Shown one piece after another: positions 8,427 to 17,822 of a DNA stretch of 64,000 nucleotides (its first letter is position 1; every line of letters starts with the position of its first letter). The translations under genes and the position numbers were made by a program. Below the pieces are notes generated by a model. That model was given only the letters and a program-made list of their open reading frames with translations. It had not been told where the DNA came from and made no database searches. This stretch comes from Flavobacteriales bacterium (GTDB taxonomy: Bacteria; Bacteroidota; Bacteroidia; UBA10329): NCBI GenBank assembly GCA_021741075.1, contig JAIOYO010000014.1:1110-65109 (forward strand), in the 5' to 3' direction.

Positions 8427-8525
8427 TTTTTTTAATTAAGAATGAATAATTATGAATTAAAAATACGGTTGCTTTGCCGGGTTTGTGTAGACAATTCGTC
8501 CGTTAAACTTTCTATGCGTGTAACT

Positions 8526-8542
8526 CCTCCCCTTTGGGGAGG
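8526..8542 (-). other. Intercistronic GC hairpin between cysE and cysteine synthase
   Basis: CCTCCCC-TTT-GGGGAGG lies 15 nt after the cysE stop. A second GGGAGGGG copy (8546-8552) allows an alternative pairing. No U-run follows on the transcribed strand. Confidence 0.35.
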
Positions 8543-8556
8543 TTGGGAGGGGCTTC

Positions 8557-9372
8557 TCATTTTATCGTAATCCGATCCGTTTCCCCATTTTCATCGCTCA
8601 TGCTGGCGCTGTAATAAACCTTGCTATTTGCTGAAACACTCCTTGTAAGCCAAACGTTTCCGCCTACAATTGAACCTTTACCAACCGTTGTGCTTCCGCC
8701 CAAAATTGTTGCCCCTGCATAAATGACTACTTCGTCTTCGATGGTAGGATGACGTTTGCTTGTTGCGTCTTTCTTATCCACGCTCAATGCACCAAGCGTA
8801 ACGCCTTGATAGAGCTTCACACGATTACCAATAACAGTGGTCTCTCCAACAACGATTCCCGTTCCGTGGTCAATGCAGAAGTATTCTCCGATGGTGGCTG
8901 AAGGATGAATGTCAATTCCAGTTTGTGTGTGCGCATGTTCTGTAATGGCACGCGGAACCATCTGGGTTCCCATTTTATCTAATTCGTGTGCAATCCGATA
9001 CGCTGCAATAGCAAAAAATCCTGGATAAGAACGAGCAACTACTGATTTGGTCTTGGCAGCTGGGTCGCCCAGAAAGGTGGCTTCTAAGTCTTTGTCTAAA
9101 GCGGTTTTAATTTTCGGCAGCGCGAGAAAGAACTTAGCTACTGTATCTTTTGGTTCTAGCTCTGAACATGAACAAAGAATGTCGCCCAAGAGCGTTTTCA
9201 GACTTTCGTAATGAAGCGCGAAATCCGTTTCATTATCAAACTTAGACGTGCTTCGTTCTGCGTAGAGAATCCCTAAAATTTCGTTCAGCCAATTGGCAAC
9301 GACTTCGGGGGAAAGGCATTTGCCCACCTTCTGGTGTTGCTCAAAGAGTTTATGTACGAATTCTGATTCCAT
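8557..9372 (-). CDS. cysE: Serine O-acetyltransferase
   Basis: Hexapeptide-repeat C-terminus 'IHPSATIGEYFCIDHGTGIVVGETTVIGNRVKLYQGVTLG'. Helical SAT N-terminal domain. 271 aa. Confidence 0.9.
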   Translation of the reverse strand: MESEFVHKLFEQHQKVGKCLSPEVVANWLNEILGILYAERSTSKFDNETDFALHYESLKTLLGDILCSCSELEPKDTVAKFFLALPKIKTALDKDLEATFLGDPAAKTKSVVARSYPGFFAIAAYRIAHELDKMGTQMVPRAITEHAHTQTGIDIHPSATIGEYFCIDHGTGIVVGETTVIGNRVKLYQGVTLGALSVDKKDATSKRHPTIEDEVVIYAGATILGGSTTVGKGSIVGGNVWLTRSVSANSKVYYSASMSDENGETDRITIK

Positions 9373-9546
9373 TTAACGTGGCGCGAATTTAACACGGCAC
9401 GCGGAAAGAACGTTTTCGATTATGGAATTACCTTTTAGTAATTGGAAAAGACGCTTCGTTCCTCAGAGAAACAAATCTAGCTACCCGAGCTTATTCCGTT
9501 TGTTTCGCTGAATAACAAAGCGAATCACGAAAATTGAACTAATAAC

Positions 9547-10719
9547 CTACTTCTTCCCACGTTTCTGCGGAACAATCTCTTCTTTTACTTCTTGGTCTAG
9601 GTATATCAGCGCCACATTTAAAGGAACTCGTTTTTTCTGATTGAATGCCGTTACGAATGCATCGCCTAAACCTTGCTGCTTAAGCATATCGCGGTGCTGT
9701 TGTGCTTCTGCATAGGTATCAAACTTTCCTGCGGTGAGGATAGTCAGGTCGTTTTCGCGCACTTCTTTCAATTTATCCACTTCGAAGTAGAATTTGCGCA
9801 GGTCTTTTGGCAGCGTTTCGGCAAATGCCCCAATCTGAACACGGAATTCAACTTTACCTTTCAACTGAGGTGTTATGCTTACCTCATTCAAACTCATCAC
9901 CTCTTCGCCATAGGTATCTGGCTGGTTAATGTCTACAATAAACGCATCAGGATAACCATTAGCTCGAACTTCTTCCAGCAACTCCTCAGCTTGTGAACGA
10001 AAACTCAAATTACCAAGTACGTAGCGGTAAATTTTATTCTCATCGACATAAACTCCAACGTTTTTCAACCCTTTGAATTCTGTTGTGTAGGTTGGGGTGA
10101 TGGAGGCGCTTACTTGCACGCCATAAAGGATGGAAGCTGTCGTGTAATTCACTTCGCGGGTTACAACTTCTGTACTTTCTGGCTGCATGTTTACCAAGCG
10201 GTTTTTTAAGAAGTTTGGAGATGCATTGGCCAAACTATATGTTTTAATTTCCTGTGCCATGCGCATTGGTTCGTGGCAAAGCTCAATCCATTTCATAGCT
10301 TCGTTGGTGTAGAACGGATCGCCTTGTGAATATACCTCCACAAAATGTTCGTAGGTTTTCATTGCCTTTTCGCACTCGTTTAAACGACTGTAACCAATAA
10401 CCAAATAGTACCAACAGAACTCTGGTTCTCCCATTCCAGGATTTAAATCGGTATGAGAATAATCTTCGCCTGCTTTTTCAAGGTAGGTAACTGCTTCTTC
10501 AATACGAACGCCTTCTTTAATTAAGCACATGCCAAGGAAGTAGTTGTAGGCAGCTGGAGTATTGTCTTTTTTCATCAACTCTTCTAAAAGCGGAATGGCA
10601 TCGCTGGTTTTGTTGGATGCAATAAGCACTTTCGCCTTATCTAGTTGTGGTTCTACTGACCACGAAACGGTATAAACGAAGATGAACGCAAGTATGGTAA
10701 TCAGCGCTTTACTTTTCAT
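9547..10719 (-). CDS. Secreted TPR-repeat / SPOR-domain protein
   Basis: Signal peptide. TPR-like helical N-terminal half. Two SPOR-like modules ('YGVQVSAS...', 'FRVQIGAFAE...'). Confidence 0.65.
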   Translation of the reverse strand: MKSKALITILAFIFVYTVSWSVEPQLDKAKVLIASNKTSDAIPLLEELMKKDNTPAAYNYFLGMCLIKEGVRIEEAVTYLEKAGEDYSHTDLNPGMGEPEFCWYYLVIGYSRLNECEKAMKTYEHFVEVYSQGDPFYTNEAMKWIELCHEPMRMAQEIKTYSLANASPNFLKNRLVNMQPESTEVVTREVNYTTASILYGVQVSASITPTYTTEFKGLKNVGVYVDENKIYRYVLGNLSFRSQAEELLEEVRANGYPDAFIVDINQPDTYGEEVMSLNEVSITPQLKGKVEFRVQIGAFAETLPKDLRKFYFEVDKLKEVRENDLTILTAGKFDTYAEAQQHRDMLKQQGLGDAFVTAFNQKKRVPLNVALIYLDQEVKEEIVPQKRGKK

Positions 10720-11470
10720 CAGGAGTCATGTGTTTGTTCAGTTTTACCTTGCTTTTTCCTTTTCTCATTCTCAAGTTGACCATCTCCACTAAGAGCGAGA
10801 ACGCAACAGCAAAATAGATATAGCCCTTCGGAACGTGGAATCCCATGGCATCTAGCATTAGCATAAAACCGATGAGAATGAGGAATGCCAAAGCGAGAAT
10901 TTGTAGCGTTGGGCGTTCGTTTATGAACTTGCTGATGGCACCAGAAAACAGCATCATCACAACCATAGACATGATAACGGCACCAATCATAATAATTACG
11001 TGTTCGGTTAGTCCGATTGCGGTGAGGATGGAATCAAAGCTAAAAACCATATCCAACGCTACAATCTGAACTAAGGCACTCGTGAGTGTTAAAGCTACTT
11101 TGGTTCCTGGTTCGCGGTCTTCATTTTCGCCTTCTAGTTTGTGGTGTATTTCAGATGTGCTTTTGCCAAGAAGGAATAATCCACCAGCCAATAGAATCAA
11201 ATCTCGACCACTTACTGCATGTTCGAAAACGTGAAATAATGGTTGGGAGAATCCGATAATCCATGTAATGCCCAGCAATAACGCTACTCGAAAAACGAGT
11301 GCTAATGCAAGTCCGATGTTCCTTCCTTTAGCTTGCTGGCTTGCCGGTAGCTTGTCGGTAACAATAGAAATGAAGATGATGTTGTCGATACCGAGAACAA
11401 TCTCGAGGAAGGTGAGCGTGAGCAACGCAATCCACGTTTCGGAGTGAGCAAATATTTCGAAGATTTCCAT
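10709..11470 (-). CDS. TerC family integral membrane protein
   Basis: 253 aa, multi-TM. 'LEIVLGIDNIIFISI' and 'DMVFSFDSILTAIGL' are the duplicated TerC motifs. Confidence 0.85.
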   Translation of the reverse strand: MEIFEIFAHSETWIALLTLTFLEIVLGIDNIIFISIVTDKLPASQQAKGRNIGLALALVFRVALLLGITWIIGFSQPLFHVFEHAVSGRDLILLAGGLFLLGKSTSEIHHKLEGENEDREPGTKVALTLTSALVQIVALDMVFSFDSILTAIGLTEHVIIMIGAVIMSMVVMMLFSGAISKFINERPTLQILALAFLILIGFMLMLDAMGFHVPKGYIYFAVAFSLLVEMVNLRMRKGKSKVKLNKHMTPDEK

Positions 11471-11591
11471 GAAGTGAAGGTATTTTGCGGTAAGCTGTTT
11501 AAGTAGATCGATTTAATTAGTTTGCTCACATTCAAATGTTAATTATCAACATGGTCATTTGAATTCTGGTGGAATGTTACCTTTCGCCAAC

Positions 11592-14408
11592 ATGAAAACC
11601 TTCTTAGAAGACATTGCTGAGGAATTACTGAAAGGCGGGGGAAACGATTTTTCCAAAACCTGTATAGTGCTACCCAACAGGAGGGCAGGGGTGTTTTTCC
11701 GCGATGCCATTTCGCGCCAAAGCAACAAGGCTATTTGGGCACCAACGGTGCTTTCTATCGAAGATTTTGTGTTCAGTCTTTCCGATGTGGCAAAGGCCGA
11801 CCAAACCACCCTGCTGTTCAGCTTTTATGAGGTATACAGGCAGTCGGTGTCTGACCCGCAAACAATTGAACTCTTTGCCAATTGGGCGCCCACGTTTTTG
11901 TCTGATGTAAACGAATTGGACCTCAACCTCATTGATGCCGAGGATATTTTTGCTCAGCTCTACTCGGTAGAGCGCATAGCGCGGTGGAATCCGGAAACAG
12001 GCATCCCCACCGATTTTCAGCAAAAGCACCTCAGTTTTGTGAAGCAGTTGTTTCCGTACTACAAACGGCTGCGCGAAGTGTTAGCCAGTCGCAAGGTTGG
12101 GTATCAAGGAATGGCGTTTCGGTCTGTGGCAGAAAATGTGGAGAAGGTTATTGCTGCATCTGAATGGGAAAACGTGTGGTTTGCGGGATTCAATGCCCTC
12201 ACTATTTCTGAAGAACAGATTTTGAACGCTTGGCAGCAATCTGGCAAGGGCAAACTGTTTTGGGATGTGGATGCCTATTATGCCGATGATGCGGTGCATG
12301 AAGCAGGACATTACATCAGGCGCTACGCCAATGGCTATAGCGACCTTAAAATAGGAAAGGAGTACAACTGGAAGGCCAATCGCCTAGCTACTGATGAGAA
12401 GGAAGTGCACCTAATTGGCGTGCAGCGCACTATGGCGCAGGCGCAGGTGGCAGGTTCTATTTTGGCGAATAAATTGAAAAAGGCTTCGGATAGCACCCTC
12501 GCCAACACAGCTGTCATCCTAAATGATGAGCAGATACTTATACCGCTGCTGAGTTCCATTCCTACCGATTTGCAGGGCATCAACATTACCATGGGTTATG
12601 GATTGCTGCAATCGCAGAGCGCGGTGCTTATCGAGAAACTATTCAAGCTCTACATCAAGTTTGCCGAACAAGGAAATCGCTTCTTTTTGGAGGATGTGTT
12701 GGCCATAAAAGAAGATGCGTTTTGTAGGTTGGTGGGAGCGGAGGCATTCAGCAATTTTAAAACGGGAAATAAGCTTGTTTATCTCCAAGAAGAGCACCTA
12801 AATGGTTCTAAGTTAGAGAAGTTATTGTTTAATGAAGAACTCTGTTCGGTTGTCGGTTTTCTCAATGGATTGAAGGGTATTATTGCCCATTTTGGACTTA
12901 AGCTTTCGGTCAATAATGGCGACTCGCTCGAACAAGAATTCCTCTTTCTTTTAGATGGATTGGCACAGCGCCTACTCGATCTTAACGAAGAGTTTGGAGG
13001 TATCGATTCCATCAAAACCCTACACTCATTCTGGAAACAACTGTTGCGTCATCAACAGCTCGATTTTGTGGGAGAACCACTAAATGGCTTGCAGGTAATG
13101 GGAATGCTCGAAACGCGTAACCTAGATTTTGAAGAAGTGATTATGCTGGGTGTAAACGAAGGGAATCTGCCTTCGAGTTCGCATTCTAATTCCTACTTCA
13201 CCTTCGACATTCGCAGAGCTTATGGATTGGCCTGTCAGAATGAACGTGATGCCGTTACGGCCTATCACTTTTATCGCCTCTTGCAGCGCGCCAAAAAAGT
13301 CTATTTGGTGTACGATCAAGACACCGATTCGTTGGGTAGAGGAGAAGTGAGTCGCTATGTGCGGCAGTTGATGATGGAGAAGAAATCAAACATCATGCTC
13401 CGCGAATGGAACTTGGAGCAAGAGATTCCGCCAAACGTTTTTTCGCCCGAGATTACGATTGAAAAGTCGGAAGATGCGTTCGTGAAAATAGTGGCGCAGG
13501 CAGAACGCGGGTTTTCGCCATCGGCCTTAAACACGTTTAGAAGTTGTTCGCTTAAATACTATTTCCGCTACGTTGCCGGTATAAAGGAAAAGGACCAATT
13601 TGCCCAAAGCATTGACCACGCCAAGTTTGGCACTGCCGTACATGATACGCTCGAAGAACTCTACTCACCTTACGTAAACAAGCCTGTTTCGGAAGAGATT
13701 CTGAAGGAAATGAAGGCACAGGCAAAGGCGGTGCTCGAAAAGAAGTTTGCAGAACAATTGCCAAGTGCAAGTGATCTTATATGCAAAAACCTGTTGGCGT
13801 TTGAAGTGGCAGAAACGTATGTGATGAAAGCGCTGAATCATGATATCATCACGGTTCGTTCGGGGCAACTGATTACGCCATTGCAGCTAGAAGAAGACCT
13901 CATGTGTACGGTCAGGGTGCAAGTAAAAGGAGAAGCACTATCGGCCAATCTCAAAGGAAAGGCAGATAGAATTGACCGCCTATCCAACGGCACCATTCGC
14001 TTGATTGATTACAAATCGGGTGCGTTTGATAAAAAAACAGCCATCAAGTTCGTTGATGAGTTCGTTTCTCCAAAATCCGACCATGCGTTTCAGTTGCTAA
14101 CCTATTTGGTTATGTACTCGGATAGCCCATCTCGTCATCGAGAAGACGAGCCTGTCCTGAGCTTGTCGAAGGAAAGCAATCAGTCTATTCAGCCTACCGT
14201 ATTCTACCTGCGTTCTCAAAAAGTAGAATTCCCGATTACGGTACAACACGAAAAAGCAGAACTGCTTGGTTCCGACTTGCTCGATTACGCAACCGAACGG
14301 GTAACAGAAGTGCTTTCCAGCCTCTTTGATAAAGCAGAACCGTTCGCTCAGACCGAAGATCGGACCGTGTGCGCCTACTGCGATTTTAAGGAAGTATGTC
14401 AGAGGTGA
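11592..14408 (+). CDS. PD-(D/E)XK nuclease family protein, AddB-like with C-terminal Fe-S cysteines
   Basis: About 938 aa from the 'MKTFLEDIA' start (the ORF opens at 11559). Nuclease region 'GKADRIDRL...IRLIDYKSG'. Cys pattern 'FRSCSLKYYF' plus 'CAYCDFKEVC', as in AddB-type proteins. Confidence 0.8.
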   Translation: MKTFLEDIAEELLKGGGNDFSKTCIVLPNRRAGVFFRDAISRQSNKAIWAPTVLSIEDFVFSLSDVAKADQTTLLFSFYEVYRQSVSDPQTIELFANWAPTFLSDVNELDLNLIDAEDIFAQLYSVERIARWNPETGIPTDFQQKHLSFVKQLFPYYKRLREVLASRKVGYQGMAFRSVAENVEKVIAASEWENVWFAGFNALTISEEQILNAWQQSGKGKLFWDVDAYYADDAVHEAGHYIRRYANGYSDLKIGKEYNWKANRLATDEKEVHLIGVQRTMAQAQVAGSILANKLKKASDSTLANTAVILNDEQILIPLLSSIPTDLQGINITMGYGLLQSQSAVLIEKLFKLYIKFAEQGNRFFLEDVLAIKEDAFCRLVGAEAFSNFKTGNKLVYLQEEHLNGSKLEKLLFNEELCSVVGFLNGLKGIIAHFGLKLSVNNGDSLEQEFLFLLDGLAQRLLDLNEEFGGIDSIKTLHSFWKQLLRHQQLDFVGEPLNGLQVMGMLETRNLDFEEVIMLGVNEGNLPSSSHSNSYFTFDIRRAYGLACQNERDAVTAYHFYRLLQRAKKVYLVYDQDTDSLGRGEVSRYVRQLMMEKKSNIMLREWNLEQEIPPNVFSPEITIEKSEDAFVKIVAQAERGFSPSALNTFRSCSLKYYFRYVAGIKEKDQFAQSIDHAKFGTAVHDTLEELYSPYVNKPVSEEILKEMKAQAKAVLEKKFAEQLPSASDLICKNLLAFEVAETYVMKALNHDIITVRSGQLITPLQLEEDLMCTVRVQVKGEALSANLKGKADRIDRLSNGTIRLIDYKSGAFDKKTAIKFVDEFVSPKSDHAFQLLTYLVMYSDSPSRHREDEPVLSLSKESNQSIQPTVFYLRSQKVEFPITVQHEKAELLGSDLLDYATERVTEVLSSLFDKAEPFAQTEDRTVCAYCDFKEVCQR

Positions 14409-14593
14409 TTAAGGGGAAAGTCGAAAGGATTAAGGAACGAAAGAATCAAATTACAAGAATCCGTCATTGCTTTAGAAGCCAATCGTAATTCTTCATTCCT
14501 CTGTCTATTGATTACCAATTCATTAAATCACAGAATGGAATGCGCATAATCAAGGGTTTAAAAAAGTATTTTCGCATCCCTAAATCCATTTAA

Positions 14594-17275
14594 ATGAAAA
14601 GAATAGTTACTCTCTCTCTATTTGTAATTGCATTTCTCACGTTTCAAAAAGAAACGGTACTTGCCCAATGTCCTGGTTGTATTATTGACACACAGTGCGG
14701 TGTGGGCATCTCTCCGGTGGCACCAGCCTTATGTCCAGCAGTATTGCCAAATGGTGTGCAGGGACAACCTTATGATGAGAACGCCACGTTTTTTATGCCA
14801 CGCGATTTTACTGATGAAGACTCAGGACAAGACGTAACGCTGAACTCCATTACCGTAACTAACGTTACTGGTATGCCTCAGGGCCTTAGCTACACATGTG
14901 ATCAACCAGGTTGTACTTATACTGTTACTAATGACCCACTTACACAGCGTGGTTGCGTAAAAATGTGTGGAACACCAACCGTTCCGGGTAACTACAATAT
15001 TGTGATTGCCGTGGTGGCAAATGTTAGTACACCAATTGGCGTTATAAACCAACCTACGAGTTTTACTATTCCATTGACGATTGAACCATCTCCTGGAGGT
15101 AACTGCTGCTTTAGTTACAATCCGCCATCGGCTTGTGGTACGTTAGATGTAACGTATGAGGCGCTGTTGAACTTTGGCCCACTACAACCAACTACCTATG
15201 CTTGGGATTTTGGCAACGGAAACGTTTCTACCTCGGCCACGCCTCCAGTTGAGTCTTACACCACTGCAGGAGATTTCTATCCAGAATTGACCACAACGGT
15301 TAATAATTATGTGATAACAGACGTGTCTTTTACTGCAGCTGGCACTAATTGGTGCGGTGATGTTGAAGAAATAAACCTTTTCGGTGTCTGCCAAGGAAAT
15401 CCAGATATCTACTACACATTTAGTAATGGAAATCAGGGAAGTACATCTACTTCAGGGAGCAACAGCCTTACAAAGACATGGACGGGATTAAACCATGTAT
15501 TAGTGGATAACATCTTTTCGCTTCAGTTTTGGGATGAAGATGGTACTTCTGCAGACGATAATCTAGGTATTTATACACAAAACGTTACTGCTCCAGGCAC
15601 CTTTAACATGAACACATTTGTAAACGGCAATCAGGAAGGTTTTGGAACAATAACTATTGGTTTGCAAGTGGATACAGTTTACATCACTGAAGATACCGTT
15701 ACCGTATTGCCAATTCCTGCAATGCCGCAATTGGTGTTTTCTCCAGCTCAGCAGGTGTGTGTGGGAGATTCTATTCTTATTTCTGGTCCAGTTGGCCCAT
15801 ACCAATATCAATGGATTCAAGCTGGCTCGTTCATTTCCGACTCTGTTGCTGTTTGGGTTGATGAGACAGACTATTACTCATTGGCAATCATTGACACAAC
15901 CGTTTTCTGCGGAATAGAATCAGATTCTTCATTAGTAGAGATATTCACATTCCCGCTTCCTCCGGTAATTGGCTATAGCACGGCTACGGGAGAGTTGTTC
16001 TTAAACAACCCGAACAACTATGTGATTGAATGGTACGATGGAAACAATTTGGTTCAAGGAGAAACGGGAAACACCTTTGATCCAACAGGATTAGGAGGTC
16101 CATTCACAGCAAGATATTTGAATGGAGGGTTGTGCTCGTCTCAATCATCAACAGCTTACTCTCTGTGTTTACCTGCTACTATCCAGCCATTAGCAAACGA
16201 TACAATTTGCTGTGGCGAGACCTTAACATTTGATGCAACTGGTTTTTTGGTAAACCCATTCAGTACCATAGCATGGGCGGTTACGCCAGAAGCTACAGGC
16301 CCTGTTACCGATCAAGCTAGTGCAACAGCAGCAGAAGCCAATGGTTATTTGCTAAATGGTTTTGGCACTACAGCTAGTTTTTCAAGAGACTGCCTAAGTC
16401 ATGAAGATAGCGTTATGCAAGGAAGCTATTTTGTGACTCCTTTTGCAATCGAGAATCCAGCAGTAGAACCACTTACTTACGATACACTACAAGGTTGCAG
16501 ACCATACGCGCAGATTTGTCCAGCATTGGATGCAGTTGATGATAACTGGGAGATTTTTCCAATGGTATTCACATTCCCAGATAACTCTACGTTGAACGTG
16601 AATGATGCGATTGCATTCGGCTTGCCAATCAATCAGCAGTTGCTTGATTTGGCTGGAGGACTACCATGTCTTGCCTTGACGGATTTGTTTAGAGGAAACC
16701 CGAATGGCGTTTGGTCTATAAGTATAACAAACACAGGCACAACTGCGCTAGACATGTCTGTACCTGATTTTATCGTTATCAATTCGGCAGATAGTTGTAG
16801 CCTCATTACACAAGATGAAACGTACTTGATAGAAGGAGTAGAGCTTACTGCCAATCCGGGTCAGACCGTAGTGGTAAGTTTCGATATTCCACCACTTCCA
16901 ACCAGTTTCCCTTCAGTAAGTCCAGATTGCGAAGCGTTTGGAGAGCCACTGAAAATCTATTTCAAGGATTGCTATCCTCACACTTCTCATTTAGGAATTG
17001 ATGAAATGGATACCTACGGATTCTTACTTGGTGATTGCGTTCCAAACCCAACTACAGGGACATCCGTTATCAACTTCTCTAGTAAAGTTGGAGGAGATTA
17101 TCAGTTTGTGATTAGAGACGTAACAGGTAAGGAGGTTTCTAAAACAACACTTTATGCAGCAGCTGGTGACAACCGTTTCAATTTTGACGGAAGCTCCCTT
17201 AGCAGTGGCCTTTACACATATTCTCTTTCGAATGGTGTGAATGTGCTTACGCAGCGCTTGGTAATTAGTAAATAA
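14594..17275 (+). CDS. Secreted multi-domain protein with PKD-like domain and T9SS type A C-terminal sorting domain
   Basis: Signal peptide 'LFVIAFLTFQKETVLAQ'. PKD signature 'YAWDFGNGNVS'. C-terminal ~80 aa 'SVINFSSKVGGDYQFVIRDVTGKEV...GLYTYSLSNGVNVLTQRLVISK'. Confidence 0.8.
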   Translation: MKRIVTLSLFVIAFLTFQKETVLAQCPGCIIDTQCGVGISPVAPALCPAVLPNGVQGQPYDENATFFMPRDFTDEDSGQDVTLNSITVTNVTGMPQGLSYTCDQPGCTYTVTNDPLTQRGCVKMCGTPTVPGNYNIVIAVVANVSTPIGVINQPTSFTIPLTIEPSPGGNCCFSYNPPSACGTLDVTYEALLNFGPLQPTTYAWDFGNGNVSTSATPPVESYTTAGDFYPELTTTVNNYVITDVSFTAAGTNWCGDVEEINLFGVCQGNPDIYYTFSNGNQGSTSTSGSNSLTKTWTGLNHVLVDNIFSLQFWDEDGTSADDNLGIYTQNVTAPGTFNMNTFVNGNQEGFGTITIGLQVDTVYITEDTVTVLPIPAMPQLVFSPAQQVCVGDSILISGPVGPYQYQWIQAGSFISDSVAVWVDETDYYSLAIIDTTVFCGIESDSSLVEIFTFPLPPVIGYSTATGELFLNNPNNYVIEWYDGNNLVQGETGNTFDPTGLGGPFTARYLNGGLCSSQSSTAYSLCLPATIQPLANDTICCGETLTFDATGFLVNPFSTIAWAVTPEATGPVTDQASATAAEANGYLLNGFGTTASFSRDCLSHEDSVMQGSYFVTPFAIENPAVEPLTYDTLQGCRPYAQICPALDAVDDNWEIFPMVFTFPDNSTLNVNDAIAFGLPINQQLLDLAGGLPCLALTDLFRGNPNGVWSISITNTGTTALDMSVPDFIVINSADSCSLITQDETYLIEGVELTANPGQTVVVSFDIPPLPTSFPSVSPDCEAFGEPLKIYFKDCYPHTSHLGIDEMDTYGFLLGDCVPNPTTGTSVINFSSKVGGDYQFVIRDVTGKEVSKTTLYAAAGDNRFNFDGSSLSSGLYTYSLSNGVNVLTQRLVISK

Positions 17276-17295
17276 GTTTAACAGCTTTTTAATAC

Positions 17296-17331
17296 GCCCT
17301 TGACCATTGCATGGTCAGGGGCTTTTTTTTT
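17296..17331 (+). terminator. Rho-independent terminator
   Basis: Stem GCCCTTGACC/GGTCAGGGGC (one G-U pair), 7-nt loop, then T9. Lies 21 nt after the stop at 17275. Confidence 0.8.
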
Positions 17332-17335
17332 GAAT

Positions 17336-17343
17336 TAATTTTG
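17336..17343 (+). promoter_or_regulatory. Bacteroidota -7 promoter box (TAnnTTTG)
   Basis: TAATTTTG ends 20 nt upstream of the ATG at 17364. Confidence 0.35.
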
Positions 17344-17363
17344 CATACCATTAATAGGAGAAC

Positions 17364-17786
17364 ATGAAAAACGCATTGGTAATAGGAATGATTGGAAGCA
17401 TAGCACTTGTCTTTAGCTCATGCAGTAAGAATTTGGATAAGGTTCTTTTCGGCACATGGGAAGTAACAAAGGTGGAAGGAACGTTGAATGTCAATGGTGC
17501 AGCCGTGTTTACTGGAGAAGATCCAAACGCTTCAGGAACGGTTAAGTTTGAAAGTAACGGAAGGGGAGAACAGAATTATTCTTTTACGTTTTCAGGTACT
17601 ACCTATCCACAAACCGGAACCTTTTCTTGGGAGGCTAATGACGATGAAATTATTATTGACCGGACGTCAGACCCAGATATGATTTGGACCAGAATCACGG
17701 ACACAGAAAACAAACAAGTGGCCACTTACAAAATTATCGTAGATGCCAATCAGAATTGGGATTACACGATTACGCTTGAGAAATAA
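17364..17786 (+). CDS. Lipocalin-like lipoprotein
   Basis: Lipobox 'VFSSCSKN'. 'FGTWEVTKVEG' is typical of the lipocalin-like domain. 140 aa. Confidence 0.55.
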   Translation: MKNALVIGMIGSIALVFSSCSKNLDKVLFGTWEVTKVEGTLNVNGAAVFTGEDPNASGTVKFESNGRGEQNYSFTFSGTTYPQTGTFSWEANDDEIIIDRTSDPDMIWTRITDTENKQVATYKIIVDANQNWDYTITLEK

Positions 17787-17797
17787 TACTCAGAAGC

Positions 17798-17811
17798 ACC
17801 ACCTTGGTGGT
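17798..17811. terminator. Short palindrome between convergent genes
   Basis: ACCACC-TT-GGTGGT lies in the 36-nt gap between the stops at 17786 and 17823. Confidence 0.3.
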
Positions 17812-17822
17812 TGAATTATGAA

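Noticed and set aside
9373-9546. 174-nt leader upstream of cysE checked for a riboswitch (SAM or other sulfur-related) or an attenuator.
   Set aside because: Only a weak 6-bp hairpin is present (TTCGCT...AGCGAA near 9505-9525). I saw no conserved riboswitch core, so it is probably just a promoter and terminator region.
11471-11558. Checked for a yybP-ykoY (Mn2+) riboswitch upstream of the TerC-family gene, a common association.
   Set aside because: The 88-nt spacer is AT-rich and lacks the conserved GGGGAGUAG-type core. There is only an 8-bp inverted repeat (TTCAAATG/CATTTGAA, 11531-11563).
11555-12029. Minus-strand ORFs (84 and 119 aa) antisense to the 5' part of the AddB-like gene.
   Set aside because: These are shadow ORFs opposite a long, well-supported CDS and carry no motifs.
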